A stretch of DNA of 64,000 bases, from positions 44,045,809 through 44,109,808 of the forward strand of contig NC_057718.1 of NCBI RefSeq assembly GCF_004010195.1, written 5' to 3'. Position numbers and translations under genes: made by a program. This DNA comes from Chiloscyllium plagiosum. Taxonomy: Eukaryota. The notes beneath the pieces were generated by a model. It saw nothing but the letters and a program-made list of their open reading frames with translations, had not been told where the DNA came from and searched no databases. Positions 52,010-64,000 of the stretch are shown piece after piece (the stretch's first letter is position 1; every line of letters starts with the position of its first letter).

Positions 52010-52432
52010 CCTCACTTGGCCTGGCCAATATATGCCTCCAGACCCCCAGCTACTGCCCTGACTTGCACACAATGTCCCAGATCAACACCATTACATCCAA
52101 CACAACTTGCAACCTCACAATCTGGGAAATTCCCTTTTACGTTTAAAGAAGCATCAGGAACAACAAAGGCAGCAGATACATGGGAACACCACCATCTGCA
52201 AATTCCCATCCCAAGCCACTGGCCATCCTCTTTTGGAAGTTTATCACCTTCACTGTTGCTAGTTCAAAATTGTGGAAATCCCCCCCCAAAGGGCATTGTA
52301 GGCCAACCTACAACACGAGAATTGCAGTGGCTCAAGAAGGCAGCTCACCACCATGTTCCCAAGGGCAACTAACGACAGGCAATAAATGCTGGACAGCCAG
52401 CAACGCCCACACATAGAATTGAATAAAAAGAA
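52010..52432 (+). mobile_element. Old CR1/L2-like LINE 3' fragment
   Basis: gcagcagatacatgggaacaccacc...cagtggctcaagaaggcagctcacc...caataaatgctgg terminus. Confidence 0.75.
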
Positions 52433-52578
52433 TCACAGCAAACCTCAAGCATCATCATTTAAAAACACTCACAGTCAGGGCTCTTATTTCATAGTTGGGA
52501 GACATTTTGTTCTTTTTTCTTTACTTTATGCTTTTCTTAATTGTCATATTATTATCTTTTCCTGCAGTTTCCTAATAG

Positions 52579-52700
52579 ATCACTAAAGATTGATCAATTG
52601 CCCCAACATTTCTGGCCATGGCCTACATGTGCCCTGAGTAGTTCATTTATTTGCCATGGTAGATTTGTTAGAGTGGAATTTAATCAATAGATAATTCATT
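52579..52700 (+). pseudogene. USH2A: Possible degraded remnant of the next USH2A exon (about human exon 48); end uncertain
   Basis: A long pyrimidine tract ends in taatAG (52577-78) with the correct phase, then (R)SLKIDQLPQHFWPWPTCA versus recalled human RSLQIDW...WKTWYPCA. The match is short and would need an internal deletion. Confidence 0.45.
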
Positions 52701-53842
52701 ATTTTAAGCACAGAGACCCAGTTCAAAACTCTTATCATGGTTACAGTTTTGACTGAAATATGCCTTAGCTGATCAGTTTAGCTAGGCTTGCAGTGAATAT
52801 GAAATTATCTAATTTTTATGAATGATTCAGTGGAAAATTGATTCAACATAAAATAATGTAATTAAGCAACAGTTTAATAGTTGAACTGTTACTGCTGGTG
52901 AAAATTGATTCAGTAAAAATATCCAAATTAAAAACGATGAGATGAATCATCTCTGTGTAATCAAAGCAAACTCTTGTTTTATGGAGATTATGAGTATTTG
53001 CTGGATTTATATCACAGTCATAGGTTCTTTGGCAGAATGGTGATCTTCAGTGAATCTAGACTCTATATATACACAAGGCATGACTTCTTTCTCACTGGTA
53101 TTGATGAGAAGTGCAAATAATTGGGAAAATTGGTCATGGAGAGATGCTCTTCCCCTTCTCACCACCTCAGTAATTTATCCTGTCACTATAGATCTTCATC
53201 AGTGGGATTTCTTTCTTTTCACTCAGTTTGTCCCATTGATTAGTCTCTTTTGGCTCTGCCAGAATGAACAGAATCTGTGGATGGACATGGGATGTATCTT
53301 TCAGCAGAAGATAGTTTCCCTATTGCATTCAACTATGGAGGTTTGCCAAACAAAGCAGCTTCTTTTCTATGCTGACCATATGGAATTGTTAACTTACTGC
53401 AATATTCCTTGATCTGTAGGCCAGCCTGTAACCTTGTCTGAAAATGGGTCCCACTCCACTCTTCTTCATGGCAATGTGAAATGTATTAACCTTGCATCCT
53501 GGTAGAAATGATTTGTGATTCTTGACCCCAAACTGTAGCATACAATAAAATAGACAGTTAACAACAAACCCAATGTTTCTCAATACCTTTCTGTGACTAT
53601 GAGAGACTCTGGGCTGAACTTTACAGGAGAACTTAATGCTCATCACACCTATCAGAAGAAACATGGATTGCAAACTGACCAAGTTTAGAAAAGGTTTCCC
53701 TATTGCAGTAATAGTCAGGGAAAAGTAATGATGAGGAGATGATAGGGCTTCCATGTCTCAGAGAAAGGATATCCTGCCCATGAATGCAGTTGAGCAATTT
53801 GATCGGACAGTAGCTGGGTAATCCTAGCATGTCCCTGGGAAT

Positions 53843-54333
53843 ATAGAACATAGAACATAGAAGAATACAGCACAGTACAGGCCCTTTGGCCCTCGATGTT
53901 GCATCGATCCAAGCCCACCTAACGTACACTAGCCCACTATCCAATGCCCGCTTAAAGGCCCATAAAGAGAGAGTCCACCACTGCTACTGGCAGGCATTCC
54001 ATGAACTCACGAAGTAAAGAACCTACCCCTAACATCTGTCCTATACCTACCACCCCTTAATTTAAAGCTATGCCCCCTCATAATAGCTGACTCCATACGT
54101 GGAAAAAGGTTCTTACGGTCAACCCTATCTAAACCCTTCACCGCACTATTTACCTGGGTGGCAACTTTCAAAGATCTGTGTACGTGGACACCAAGATCCC
54201 TCTGCTCATCCACACTACCAAGTATCCGACCATTAGCCCAGTACCCCATCTTTTTGTTACTCTTACCAAAGTGAATCACTTCACACTTAGTTCCATTGAA
54301 CTCCATTTGCCACCTTTCTGCCCAGTTCTGCAG
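53843..54333 (-). mobile_element. Young CR1 3' fragment with internal deletions
   Basis: LQNWAERWQMEFNGTKCEVIHFG...QVNSAVK joined directly to GLDRVD; (catagaa)n tail; 3' end closely similar to 31134-31549. Confidence 0.93.
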
Positions 54334-54889
54334 AAAATATGAACTGTCCCAAAGAGAAGGAAAGTGGATGCCCAATTGAAAGGTGGGATCTTGGAGTTTT
54401 TGGATGGTGGTGGATGGGAGCAATGGTAAAGTCAGGCATTGGAGGCCAACAGGAGGACTCAACAAAGGGGAGAGGTGTTTGTTGGTGGTGATGGACATAG
54501 GTCATATCCTCAAAAGCAAGTGTCAGGTCCTTCCTGTCTTTTTTCCTGATCCTCTCATGCTACCAACTAAAGTTCCACATATACTGTTGCAGAACAGATC
54601 TTTATTGGCCTTCAACTAGCTACTAATTGGCAATTAAAAGCCTCAGTAGGAGACAGCGTGGTTGGACAGAGTGAAGCCTTACCTACCTCATGTGTTTTGA
54701 GCAACAGCTTATGGGAATATGCAGAAATGCTGTGTCTAGCCACCATGCTGTATTCTGTATTGTTTTAACTACATTCCACCTACTCACTTTATAATGTGCA
54801 TTCAAGTTTAGCTCTCATGATTTTGTTACTTAAAACAGAGTAGTGGTAAGCAAATAAAACTCTGGATTGCGATATTAACTTTAAATATT

Positions 54890-55120
54890 TTTTAAAAATT
54901 TATACTTTAGTGGGATGTGCAGGCTAGGCCACCATTTGTTGCCCATTCCTACTTAGCCTTGAGATAATTTTGGTAGAGAGCCATTTCCTTGAATCACTGC
55001 AGTCCATGTGGTGCAGGTATACCCACAGTGCTGTTAGAAAGGAAATTCCAGGATTTTTATTCAGCAATAGTGAAGACATTGTGAAACATCTCCAAGCTGG
55101 GATAGTATGTGCTTTGCAGG
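54890..55120 (-). mobile_element. Old LINE 3' terminus fragment
   Basis: Same terminus family as 6675. Confidence 0.65.
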
Positions 55121-55330
55121 AGAAGAAATCCATAAGACACAGAACAAAATAAAGATTTTCAAGATTCTAAAGTTAGCACTTAAAGATTATTATCCTTTCC
55201 GAAGATGTAGACAGTCAGTCAGTCACTAGCTGAAACACAATGACTAAAAGCAAGAGAAAGAAACAATCGTAGAAGGGGCCAAAAGGCAAACACGATGAGT
55301 ACGAAATGCAACTGCACAGCTCAGTGAAAC

Positions 55331-55651
55331 GGCGGCACGGTGGCACAGTGGTTAGCACTGCTGCCTCACAGCGCCAGAGACCCGGGTTCAATTCCCCCCT
55401 CAGGCGACTGACTGTGTGGAGTTTGCACGTTCTCTCCGTGTCTGCGTGGGTTTCCTCCGGGTGCTCCGGTTTCCTCCCACAGTCCAAAGATGTGCAGGTC
55501 AGGTGAGTTGGCCACGCTAAATTGCCCGTAGTGTTAGGTAAGGGGTAAATGGAGGTGTATGGGTGGGTTGCGCTTCGGCGGGGCGGTGTGGACTTGTTGG
55601 GCCGAAGGGCCTGTTTCCACACTGTAAATAATCTAATCTAATCTAATCTAA
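55331..55651 (+). mobile_element. Full-length young HE1 SINE
   Basis: A box TGGCACAGTGG, B box GGTTCAATTCC, CpGs retained, (AATCT)4 tail. Confidence 0.96.
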
Positions 55652-56149
55652 ATCACAAAAGACATTTAGATCATGTCTACAGAATTAGCAAGGTCTGAGC
55701 ATCTATATAAACAGATATAAGTAAATTTAAGGGAATCTAATGAAAGAGTCTAGCAGAAGAAGAAAAGTCAGAAAAAGTTGGAGATTTTAAAGAACTGGGA
55801 ATCAGTAATTAAGTACAATTTTGTTGGGCAGATTTAGCAGCCAGAGAACATTATTTGATGATTCGTGTCGAAAAGTGCACTGGGAAAACTGAAAAATGTT
55901 CATAATATCTGAGAAGAAGTGGGAAAACTCAATTTTCACAGGGGAAGGTGGTCAACAGCTAAAGAAACTGGTAGTCACAATTTTGATAATTAGAAATTGC
56001 AGGAAATATTTTAAAAAAGTGGGAAAACTCAGTATAGAGTACAGAGATACAACATTACAAAATAATTATGAGCTTTATATGCATTAATTTACCAGAGAAT
56101 AGTCAGTGACATAATTTAAAGGTCTATTGATGAATTCAATACAATTTTT

Positions 56150-57545
56150 AAAAATGTATTCATGGGAAATGAGTGTCGCTGGCTGGGCCAGCATTTATTG
56201 CCCATTCCTAGTTGCCCTCGAGAAGGCAGAGCTAGCTGACAGGGAGGCAGTTCCAGGACTTTGATCACACTGAAGGAATGATGATATATTTCCATGTCAC
56301 GATTGGGAGTGGCTTGCAGGGGAAGGTGTTCTCATCCTGCTCTTTTGCTTCATAATGCGTGTGGTCATGAGTTTAGAAGGTGTCCTCTAATGAGCCTTGG
56401 TGAATTTCTGCATTGCATCTTGATATTGTATACATTACTGCTATTTACTGTCGTTGATCGAGGGAATAAATAATGGCAAATGTGCTGCCCATCAAGCAGA
56501 AAGCTTTATACTGGATACTGTCAAACCTTTTGAGTGTTGCTGGGATTGCACTAATCCAGGTAAGTGGGAGTATTCCATCACACACATGACCTGTGCCCCT
56601 TAGATCAGGTGTAGCCTTTAGGGAGTCAGGGGGCAAGTTACTCACTCAAGGATGCTTAACTTCTGACCTCCTCTCATAGTTGCAGTATTTATATGGCTCG
56701 GCCAGTCATTTTCTGGTCAATAGTAATCCCCATCTAGACAGGTTATTGATGGGGGTTTCAGTGATAGAATGTCATAGAATCATAGCATCGCTACAGCGTG
56801 AAAGTAGGACATTCAGCCCATTGAGTCCACACCGACCCTCTGAAGACCATCCCACTAGACTCCTCCTCCTACCCCATCCCTGTAACCCTGCATTTCCCAT
56901 AGATAATCCACCGAGCCTGCACATCACTAAACACTTGGGCAATTTAGCATGGCCAATCCATCTAATCTGCACATTGTGGACTGTGGGAGGAAACTAGAGC
57001 ACCTAAAGGAAATCCATGCAGACACAGGGAGAATGTGCAAACTTCACACAGCCAGTTGTCCGAGAATGGAATCGAATGTGGGTCCCTGGCACTCTGAGAC
57101 AGCAGTGCTGACCACTGAGCCATTATACCACCCTATGATTCTATGTCGAGGGGCATTGGTTAGATTCTCCCGTATTGGATATGATCATTACTTGGTACTT
57201 GTATTGGATGAATGTTATTTGTCATGTATCAGCCCAATACTGAATGTTTTCTAGGCCTTGCTGCATAGGACATGGATTGCTTCAGTATCTGAAAAGTCAT
57301 GAAGGATGCTAAACATTGTACAATCATCAGTGAACATCCCCAATTCTGATTTTATGATAGAGGAAGGACGTTCATAAAGCAGCTAAAGCTGTTCGGAGGA
57401 CATTATCCTGAGGAACTTCTACAGAAATGTCATGGGGCTGAGCTGATAAATCACCAACAAACAAAACCATCCTCCTTTTTGAAAGCTGTTACTTCAAAGG
57501 TTGTCCCATTAACTCCTGCTTCGCTAGAGCTTCTTGATGTCATAT
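56150..57545 (-). mobile_element. Old CR1/L2-like LINE 3' portion, split by a SINE
   Basis: Collinear with 6675-7925; ILPLTWISAIPATLKRFDSIQYKAFCL; MFTDDCTMF motif at ~57310-57340. Confidence 0.8.
56771..57135 (-). mobile_element. Older HE1-type SINE nested in a LINE
   Basis: Reverse-complement HE1 head at the right, tail at the left. Confidence 0.88.
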
Positions 57546-57569
57546 ATGTTTGCATGCTTCCTTCATGTC

Positions 57570-58610
57570 AAGGGCTTCCACTCTTTGCCCGAGTATTACA
57601 GGGTTCCAGTTTGTGTTTGAAATCACTGTAATTGCAGGTCATTTCACGTTCACCCATGGTTTCTGTGATAGTCAGACAGCTAACCATGTCAGCCACTTTG
57701 TTGAGTGTCCCTGCAATGTAATCAACCTCGAAGTTGAACTGATGGAGACAGTAAAACCATTTGTACATGCAACAGAGTCAATGATGCTGATATGGCTAAC
57801 AATGCAGTCAGTGCTTGGTGATCAGTCCAGAAAGCAGACTTTCTGCCATAAAGGCACATCGGCTAATATTCATTCGCATGGATAAAATCTAGTTCTTCCC
57901 ACTCAGTTTCCTACAATGGTTTGTCAGTGATTTGTTGTCTGTTTCCTTCAATACACTGAGAGAGTATTGTTTAAGTCATATTTCCTAACGTATCAGTTGT
58001 GACATGCACTTCCACATGAAAATATACTGGAAATGCTATCTTTGCCTTTAATTTGTCAAATGCTGTTTGCTGTGTGATTGCCCATTTCCAGTGTGCCTCC
58101 TTGCACTGCAGCTTCTGAAAAGTTCCACAATATCTACATTTTAGGAATAGGTTTGTAACAAAATTTAGTAGCAGTAAGGGACATTGCCAATTCCTACCCG
58201 TTACATGGGTTCAGAAGCAAATGAATGGCTTTGATGTAGTTATGTGTAAGCTTCAATTCTGCCAATTCTATGCCCCAGAAAGGCAATCATTATTGTCATG
58301 AATGTGAAATTTCCTTGTTGAGTTTAAAATTGTGTTATTCAAGTCACATGAGCATTGCTGATAACTATTGATCATACTCTGCTTTCTTCTTTTCAAGGGA
58401 AACAACCTTGTCAAGTAGGTTAAATGTCTCCTGAAAATCTGACAAGACTAAAGAAATTATCTTGTAGAATTTGTTAGCTGCTGAACTTAGTCCATAGGGC
58501 ATTCTGTAATACTGACACACACCTTTATGACTAATAAAGGCTTTGCTCCATTAATGGTTTTGAAAGTATTTCTGTCACGTGTACACCTCATGAAGACTGT
58601 AGATTCTTAG
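57570..58610 (-). mobile_element. Ty3/Gypsy pol relic (RT, RNase H)
   Basis: CQYYRMPYGLSSAA (~58480-58520), HWKWAITQQTAFDKLKAKI (~58040-58095), KWFYCLHQFNFEVDYIAGTLNKVADMVS (ORF 57568-57768). Confidence 0.8.
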
Positions 58611-58624
58611 GCAGAGTCAGAAGT

Positions 58625-58850
58625 CAGAAGTCACATGACACTGCATTCTAGCCCAACAGGTTTTTTTAAAATCACAAGCTTTCAGAGCACTGCTCCTTCG
58701 TCAGGGGAAGTGGAGAGATGCACATAGGCAAAGAATATATAGGCGGAGAGATAATGGCAAGGTAGCTCCAGGTAATTAAGAGCATCAACAGATAAATACT
58801 AGTAGTGTGAATAGCATGTCAACAGTCTGAATAACAAGTCTTTGTGAGTG
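58625..58850. mobile_element. Penelope-like terminal fragment (fourth family) with a hammerhead motif at 58672-58708 (minus)
   Basis: Minus strand ccc-CTGACGA-A-GGAGC-agt-GCTCT-GAAAGCTT-gtg. Confidence 0.65.
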
Positions 58851-58903
58851 GTTCCACATTAAGGATGAGTCAAACAAGGGGCAAGGCATTATGAGTCATA
58901 TTA

Positions 58904-59228
58904 TAGATTAGATAGATTATTTACAGTGTGGAAACAGGCCTTTCGGCCCAACAAGTCCACACCGACCCGTTGAAGCGCAACCCACCCAGACCCATTCCCC
59001 TACATTTACCCCTTCACCTAACACTACGGGCAATTTAGCATGGCCAATTCACCTAACCTGCACATTTTTTTTGGATTGTGGGAGGAAACCAGAGCACCCG
59101 GAGGAAACCCACGCAGACACGGGGAGAATGTGCAAACTCCACACAGTCAATTGCCTGAGGCGGGAATTGAACCCAGGTCTCTGGCGCTGTGAGGCAACAC
59201 TGCTAACCACTGTGCCACCGTTCCGCCC
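58904..59228 (-). mobile_element. Full-length young HE1 SINE
   Basis: Reverse complement is nearly identical to 55331-55651. Confidence 0.96.
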
Positions 59229-60061
59229 ACTAGACAGTGGTGAATTCTGGAATAATGTTCCCCTTTTTTCAACTTTCAATTGACCATATCAGCATGTAAT
59301 TTAGACATTGAGTATTTTTGTCCTTTGAGCACTGAGACTTTCCAGAATAGGCACACATCAGGCATTCTCATAAGTCTAAATACTTGCCCAGAAGCTGTAC
59401 AGAACCTAAGCATTTTAAAAAAGGATATGAATTCGAAGCTTTTCATCTTGTACTCATCGGGATTAGGATGCAATATACTGGATTTGGAAAACAGAACACC
59501 AATTTCTATAACACAAGAAGAGGGTGCTGATTGGTTGTGCTACCATTGGCATAGAGAAACAGCAGAAATGATTGACTGATAATCTTGAGTGTCAGTGCAG
59601 CCAGATAGACTCTGATTGGCCAAGGAGTTGCTATGTGGATTACAGCAGAGTTTGGCTGTATTCAGCACCCTTATCCCAATGAAAGAAAGTCTAATATATG
59701 TTTGAAGTACTTTTATCAACATAAACAGGATTCTTTGTGTTCACATATGTAAATTTTAGCAATCAAAAATGTATCACACTGCAAACCTAATCTTAAATTA
59801 GCTTCTGGTGTAATTTTTTGCGCAGTCTTGTTTGTTTAGTAAGTGTTGTCCAACAGTAGAATTACATTTAATTTTGGACTTGGTGACTTGCAAAAGACTT
59901 GCAAGCATGATCTAGCTGAGCATGATTGGTGCACTGCCCATTGCAAATTATGAAACAAATGTATTGTTTGATACAATCTGTCAATCATTGGGATGTGCAT
60001 CTTTTTACCTGGTGTCACACATGCACAAACATTCATATTCACAAACATTCACAAACATTGT

Positions 60062-60363
60062 GGGCGGCACGGTGGCACAGTGGTTAGCACTGCTGCCTCA
60101 CAGTGCCAGAGACCCGGGTTCAATTCCCGCCTCAGGTGACTGTGTGGAGTTTGCACGTTTTCCCCGTGTCTGCATGGGTTTCCTTTGGGTGCTCCGGTTT
60201 CCTTCCACAGTCCAAAGATGTGCAGGTGGCCATGCTAAATTGCCTGTAGTGTTAGGTAAGGGGTAACTGTAGGGGTATGGGTGGGTTGTGCTTCGGCAGG
60301 GCGGTGTGGACTTGTTGGGTCGAAGGGCCTGTTTCCACACTGTAAGTAATCTAATCTAATCTA
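60062..60363 (+). mobile_element. HE1 SINE with small internal deletions
   Basis: A and B boxes, HE1 body and (AATCT)n tail. Confidence 0.95.
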
Positions 60364-61524
60364 AATATGTGCGGTGCATAGAACCTCTCCTTGGTTTGAT
60401 GGCAGAATCCTATTCGGAAAGAAAAGCATTTCTGCATTGCCTGCAATGAGCAGTATGAGACAGTTGACTTCACCTGTTCTTCAAACTTTGTGGCATCTTC
60501 CCCTTCCAGGGTAACATGACACTGACTAAGCAACATTAAAGCCAAAAGTAGTCTCTGTAGGCCTTTCATGTGTTGATTTGATACACAATGTAAGTAATCT
60601 AATCTAATCATACAATGTCCTAGTCCTCGTCAGTTCAAATGAGAAAAAAATGTTTATATTCTCTACACCCAAAATGCGAATGCAAAAACACTCATATTTA
60701 CATAGGTCTTATACAAATGGAAAATTATGACACTTAAATATGTTTCATGTACTTCAATTTTATAAAGAATTGAAAAAGTCACTTCTATTGTCAGTCCTCA
60801 CGACCATAGTTGAAAATGTTTTTAGCCTGAGTTTATCTCTTTGTTTGTTGATAACCTGGGTGGTTGAAAGTTTCTGGTCATAAACTCACAGTGATGTACA
60901 CAAAGCAGTTACCAGCTTCTGCTTATGTCCCCAGTCAAAATTATGATTCAGTCCCTTTAGTAAAAGTAGGTGAAACAAATTCACTCCACTTCTCTGTCTG
61001 TGGCAGAGTTTCTCGGGCAGTTTGTTTCTTTTTGCTAGAAGAGACAGTTTCTATGCATGGCCTTTGACTTCCCAGAAGTATATAATGAACATGAAAAAGA
61101 TGCCCTGACTCTCCTGGAGTCTATCATATCAAGAACATTTGTCCATATTCCATGTTACTTTTAAAAGTAAAATATCCTGTTCATGGGTTCACAGGCTTAG
61201 TCATCAATGAGCACTTACACTATTTGGGCACATGGATGAGCCCAAATCTGACCATGTTGATGAGATTGCTGAGGTCTACTTGTCCATTATCTTTGCACTT
61301 CGGCTGTTGAAAAAACCGTGTCTCCAAATTTGTGCTGAAGGGTCCATCCCTTTATAACCTTTTGAATATAACATGACTGATTCAATGTGAATTGCCAAGG
61401 TCATGGCTTTTTCCAAAGATGAATCATTATCCTCAATGAAGAGGCTTTCCTGAATTTATGGAATTGAAGTATATTCAATTAATTGGTAATGAATTAGTTA
61501 TTTAGTTTGTCACTTACATGAGAA

Positions 61525-61703
61525 AATGAGAGTGTTGTGCTGGAAAAGCACAGCAGCACAGGCAGCATCCGAGAAGCAGGAAAATCAGGAAGGGCTTTTG
61601 CCCGAAACATCGATTTTCCTGCTCCTTGGATGCTGCTTGCCCTGCTGTGCATTTCCACAATCTCGACTCTAATCTCCAGCATCAACAGTACTCACTGTCG
61701 CCT
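61525..61703. mobile_element. Short Penelope-derived fold-back insert
   Basis: Same family as 6973-7171. TSD-like actta(c/t)atgag at 61512-61522 and 61704-61714. Retains AGGGC-tttt-GCCC-GAAACATC. Confidence 0.85.
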
Positions 61704-62847
61704 ACTTATATGAGGAAGCCATTTGTTGCAACACTGTCACATAATTTTTAAAGGTTTCGCCATTTTCCTAACACGTCTGATGGAAAATACATATGTGTGT
61801 GTGCGTGTGTGTATAAGTTGCATTATTACATGCCTTATTATGCATGTCTATTTGGCAGCTCACTGGAGGATTGTTCACACTGCTGGAAAACACTGTTGAC
61901 TTTGCTGAAGTTACATCTTTATATGGTCATATTGTTATTATTTTCTGTGGTCACTTCTGTCAACATCTCAACTTCTTGCAAAAGATTAAGAGTTGTGAAG
62001 TGCTTAAAACCTATGTACTAATAAATTGAAGGTCTGTTTAATTGATTGCTTCTGTAGGGTTTATAAGCACCTGCTTTTCTCTCAAATGATTATGAATGGA
62101 TTTTCTTTTTCCTCTAGCAACTTGATACATGCCAGTGTTACTATAGGGTTCACCATATCTATATAAGGTGTAAATGAGCACAGAGGTACCATTAATTGGC
62201 ATGCAGTGTATAAGGGGTAATTTGGTCTGGGTGTGGTATGAGTTGTCATTGAGCTGGTATGGGAGATTTAAGGTACAGTTAGAGTAATAGGGTGGAAGGT
62301 GTGTGATGGACTGATATTGGGAGTGCTAGAGGGACTTAAATGTGAGCAAAAGACCAGATCAAAGTCCCCTGTGGCTACTTCCAACTGCTTCTGAAATGCA
62401 CTGACCCCTCCAATCCAAGGATCCCAAGATTTGGTATAACAGTGAGGAATTACTTCCAGCATTTCCACTGATCTTTCAGAAAGATTATTGGAGGAGAATG
62501 GGAGAATATTGCAGTCATTCAAAGCCAGAGATATGTTGCTACAAAATGAATGCATAGTTCTAAAATCCAAGCTTACTGTTTGCATAATATGATGGAAATC
62601 AAATTATCCCTATAATCCATACTAACTTTGAACTAAAAGACTAACTAAATTCTTTCTTTTTTATGTATGTTCCTTCATTGTATCAACTTTAGACTCACCT
62701 TTAAATGTGTTTATGATATATGCAAGAAATATTGTTTCAAGTGAAAGAAATTTTAAATTCAACCAAAATTTACCCTGAGAACAATAGCATATGATTTACA
62801 CATTACAACATTTTTTTAAGATATCTATGTGTGTCATTTAGACTAAA

Positions 62848-63345
62848 ACATAGAACATAGAACAGTACAGCACAGAACAGGCCCTTCAGCCCATGATGTT
62901 GCGCCGACCATTAATCCTCATATCAGGTAAACCTAATGTACGAACCCTCAAATTTCTGTGACCATATGCATATCCAGCAGTCTCTTAAATGTCCCCAATG
63001 ACCTCGCTTCCACAACTGCTGCTGGCAACGCATTCCATGCTCTCACAACTCTCTGTGTAAAGAACCCGCCTCTGACATCCCCTCTATACTTTCCGCCAAA
63101 CCGCTTAAAACTATGACTCCTCGTGTTAACAATTTCTGCCCTGGGAAAAAGTCTCTGGCTATCAACTCTATCTATGACTCTCATTATCTTGTTCATCTCA
63201 ATTAGGTCCCCTCTCTTCCTTCTTTATTCTAATGAAAAAAGTCCGAGCTCAGTCAATCTCTCTTCGTAAAATAAGCCCTCCATTCCAGGCAGCATCCTGG
63301 TAAACCTCCTCTGAACTCTCTCCAAAGCATCCACATCTTTCCTAT
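62848..63345 (-). mobile_element. CR1 LINE 3' fragment
   Basis: KIMRVIDRVDSQRLFPR...TRSHSFK...FFTQRVVRAWNALP and a catagaa tail. Confidence 0.93.
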
Positions 63346-64000
63346 TAGTTAGTTTACAATAGATAACAGCCAATCTATTTAAAGCATCAGCATTAGGCAT
63401 GCCTTAAAAGTAGTTTTTTTTTTAATATCAGGTAATAATTATAATGCATTTTCAGCCATCAGTTGGTTGAGCAAAGCCCATGTGTGCAGTTTCAACCATA
63501 TTGGGAATCAATTGTCACTTGAGAACATAACCCATTCTGGCATAAGCAGAGTCTATAAAGTAGTGGTTTATTTCTCCCAAAAGCCACTGTTGGAATTATT
63601 TACTCGTTCTACTAAAAAAGTGAAGTAGAAATAGGATAAATGACTTGTCAGCAGTGGTTTACTAAAAAATAAGTCATGTGGCATTGTGATTATATCACAC
63701 TCTTACCCTTTGATCTTTTGGATTGTGGTGTTTGGTATTGATGGCTACTCTCTATTAACAGCGTGTTTGAGAGTATTATGATTTCTAATTAAACAACCAA
63801 TAATATTTTTATTGTTGTGGCACAATTCTCCTGCTGATTCTTTACATATGCAGTCAGAAGTTTGCAATAATTCAATACACTTCTAGCTTGAATCTCATAA
63901 CTGCCATATTTAAACAACATATCACCAATCCCCCTGTATGCAATCTCTTTGTTTCAGGCACAATTTGAGCAGAAGGATTTCTAGAAGGCTTGAAAATCCA

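Larger units (their letters stand above)
15513..52700 (+). pseudogene. USH2A: USH2A (usherin) locus, internal FN3-repeat exons, apparently inactivated; the gene extends beyond the window
   Basis: Five collinear splice-bounded exons plus one probable remnant translate to consecutive usherin FN3 segments. Three exon lengths (123, 203, 113 nt) equal those I recall for human exons 43, 46 and 47. Multiple stops and frameshifts are present. Confidence 0.9.

Noticed and set aside
55331..55410. tRNA gene (A and B boxes)
   Set aside because: It is the tRNA-derived head of an HE1 SINE and continues into the SINE body and tail.
1..64000. CRISPR array, operon or other prokaryotic system
   Set aside because: No regularly spaced repeats or dense ORFs; the content is vertebrate introns and transposons.

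Overview
This is vertebrate nuclear DNA, almost certainly a shark or ray, given HE1-type tRNA SINEs and shark-type CR1, Penelope and Tx1 elements. The assembly has gaps (N runs at 21694-21706 and about 30404-31133). Most of the window is intronic and repeat-rich. On the + strand I can read five clear exons, plus a probable sixth remnant, of USH2A (usherin, FN3-repeat region). By my recall they match human exons 42, 43, 45, 46, 47 and the 5' part of 48. Three of the five clear exons are disrupted: five frameshifts, two point-nonsense codons and a non-GT donor. The exon needed between 43 and 45 could not be found. The locus therefore looks like a decaying USH2A pseudogene. A second theme is a set of short Penelope-derived inserts, several folded back on themselves and flanked by clean target-site duplications (TSDs), carrying minimal hammerhead-ribozyme cores from at least four families. 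The window also has CR1 LINEs with an SGNH-esterase ORF1, Gypsy pol relics, tandem Tx1 3' ends, a Harbinger-like Myb/SANT relic and a local 164-bp templated insertion. All homology calls come from my own translation and recall, not from database searches, and most repeat boundaries are approximate.
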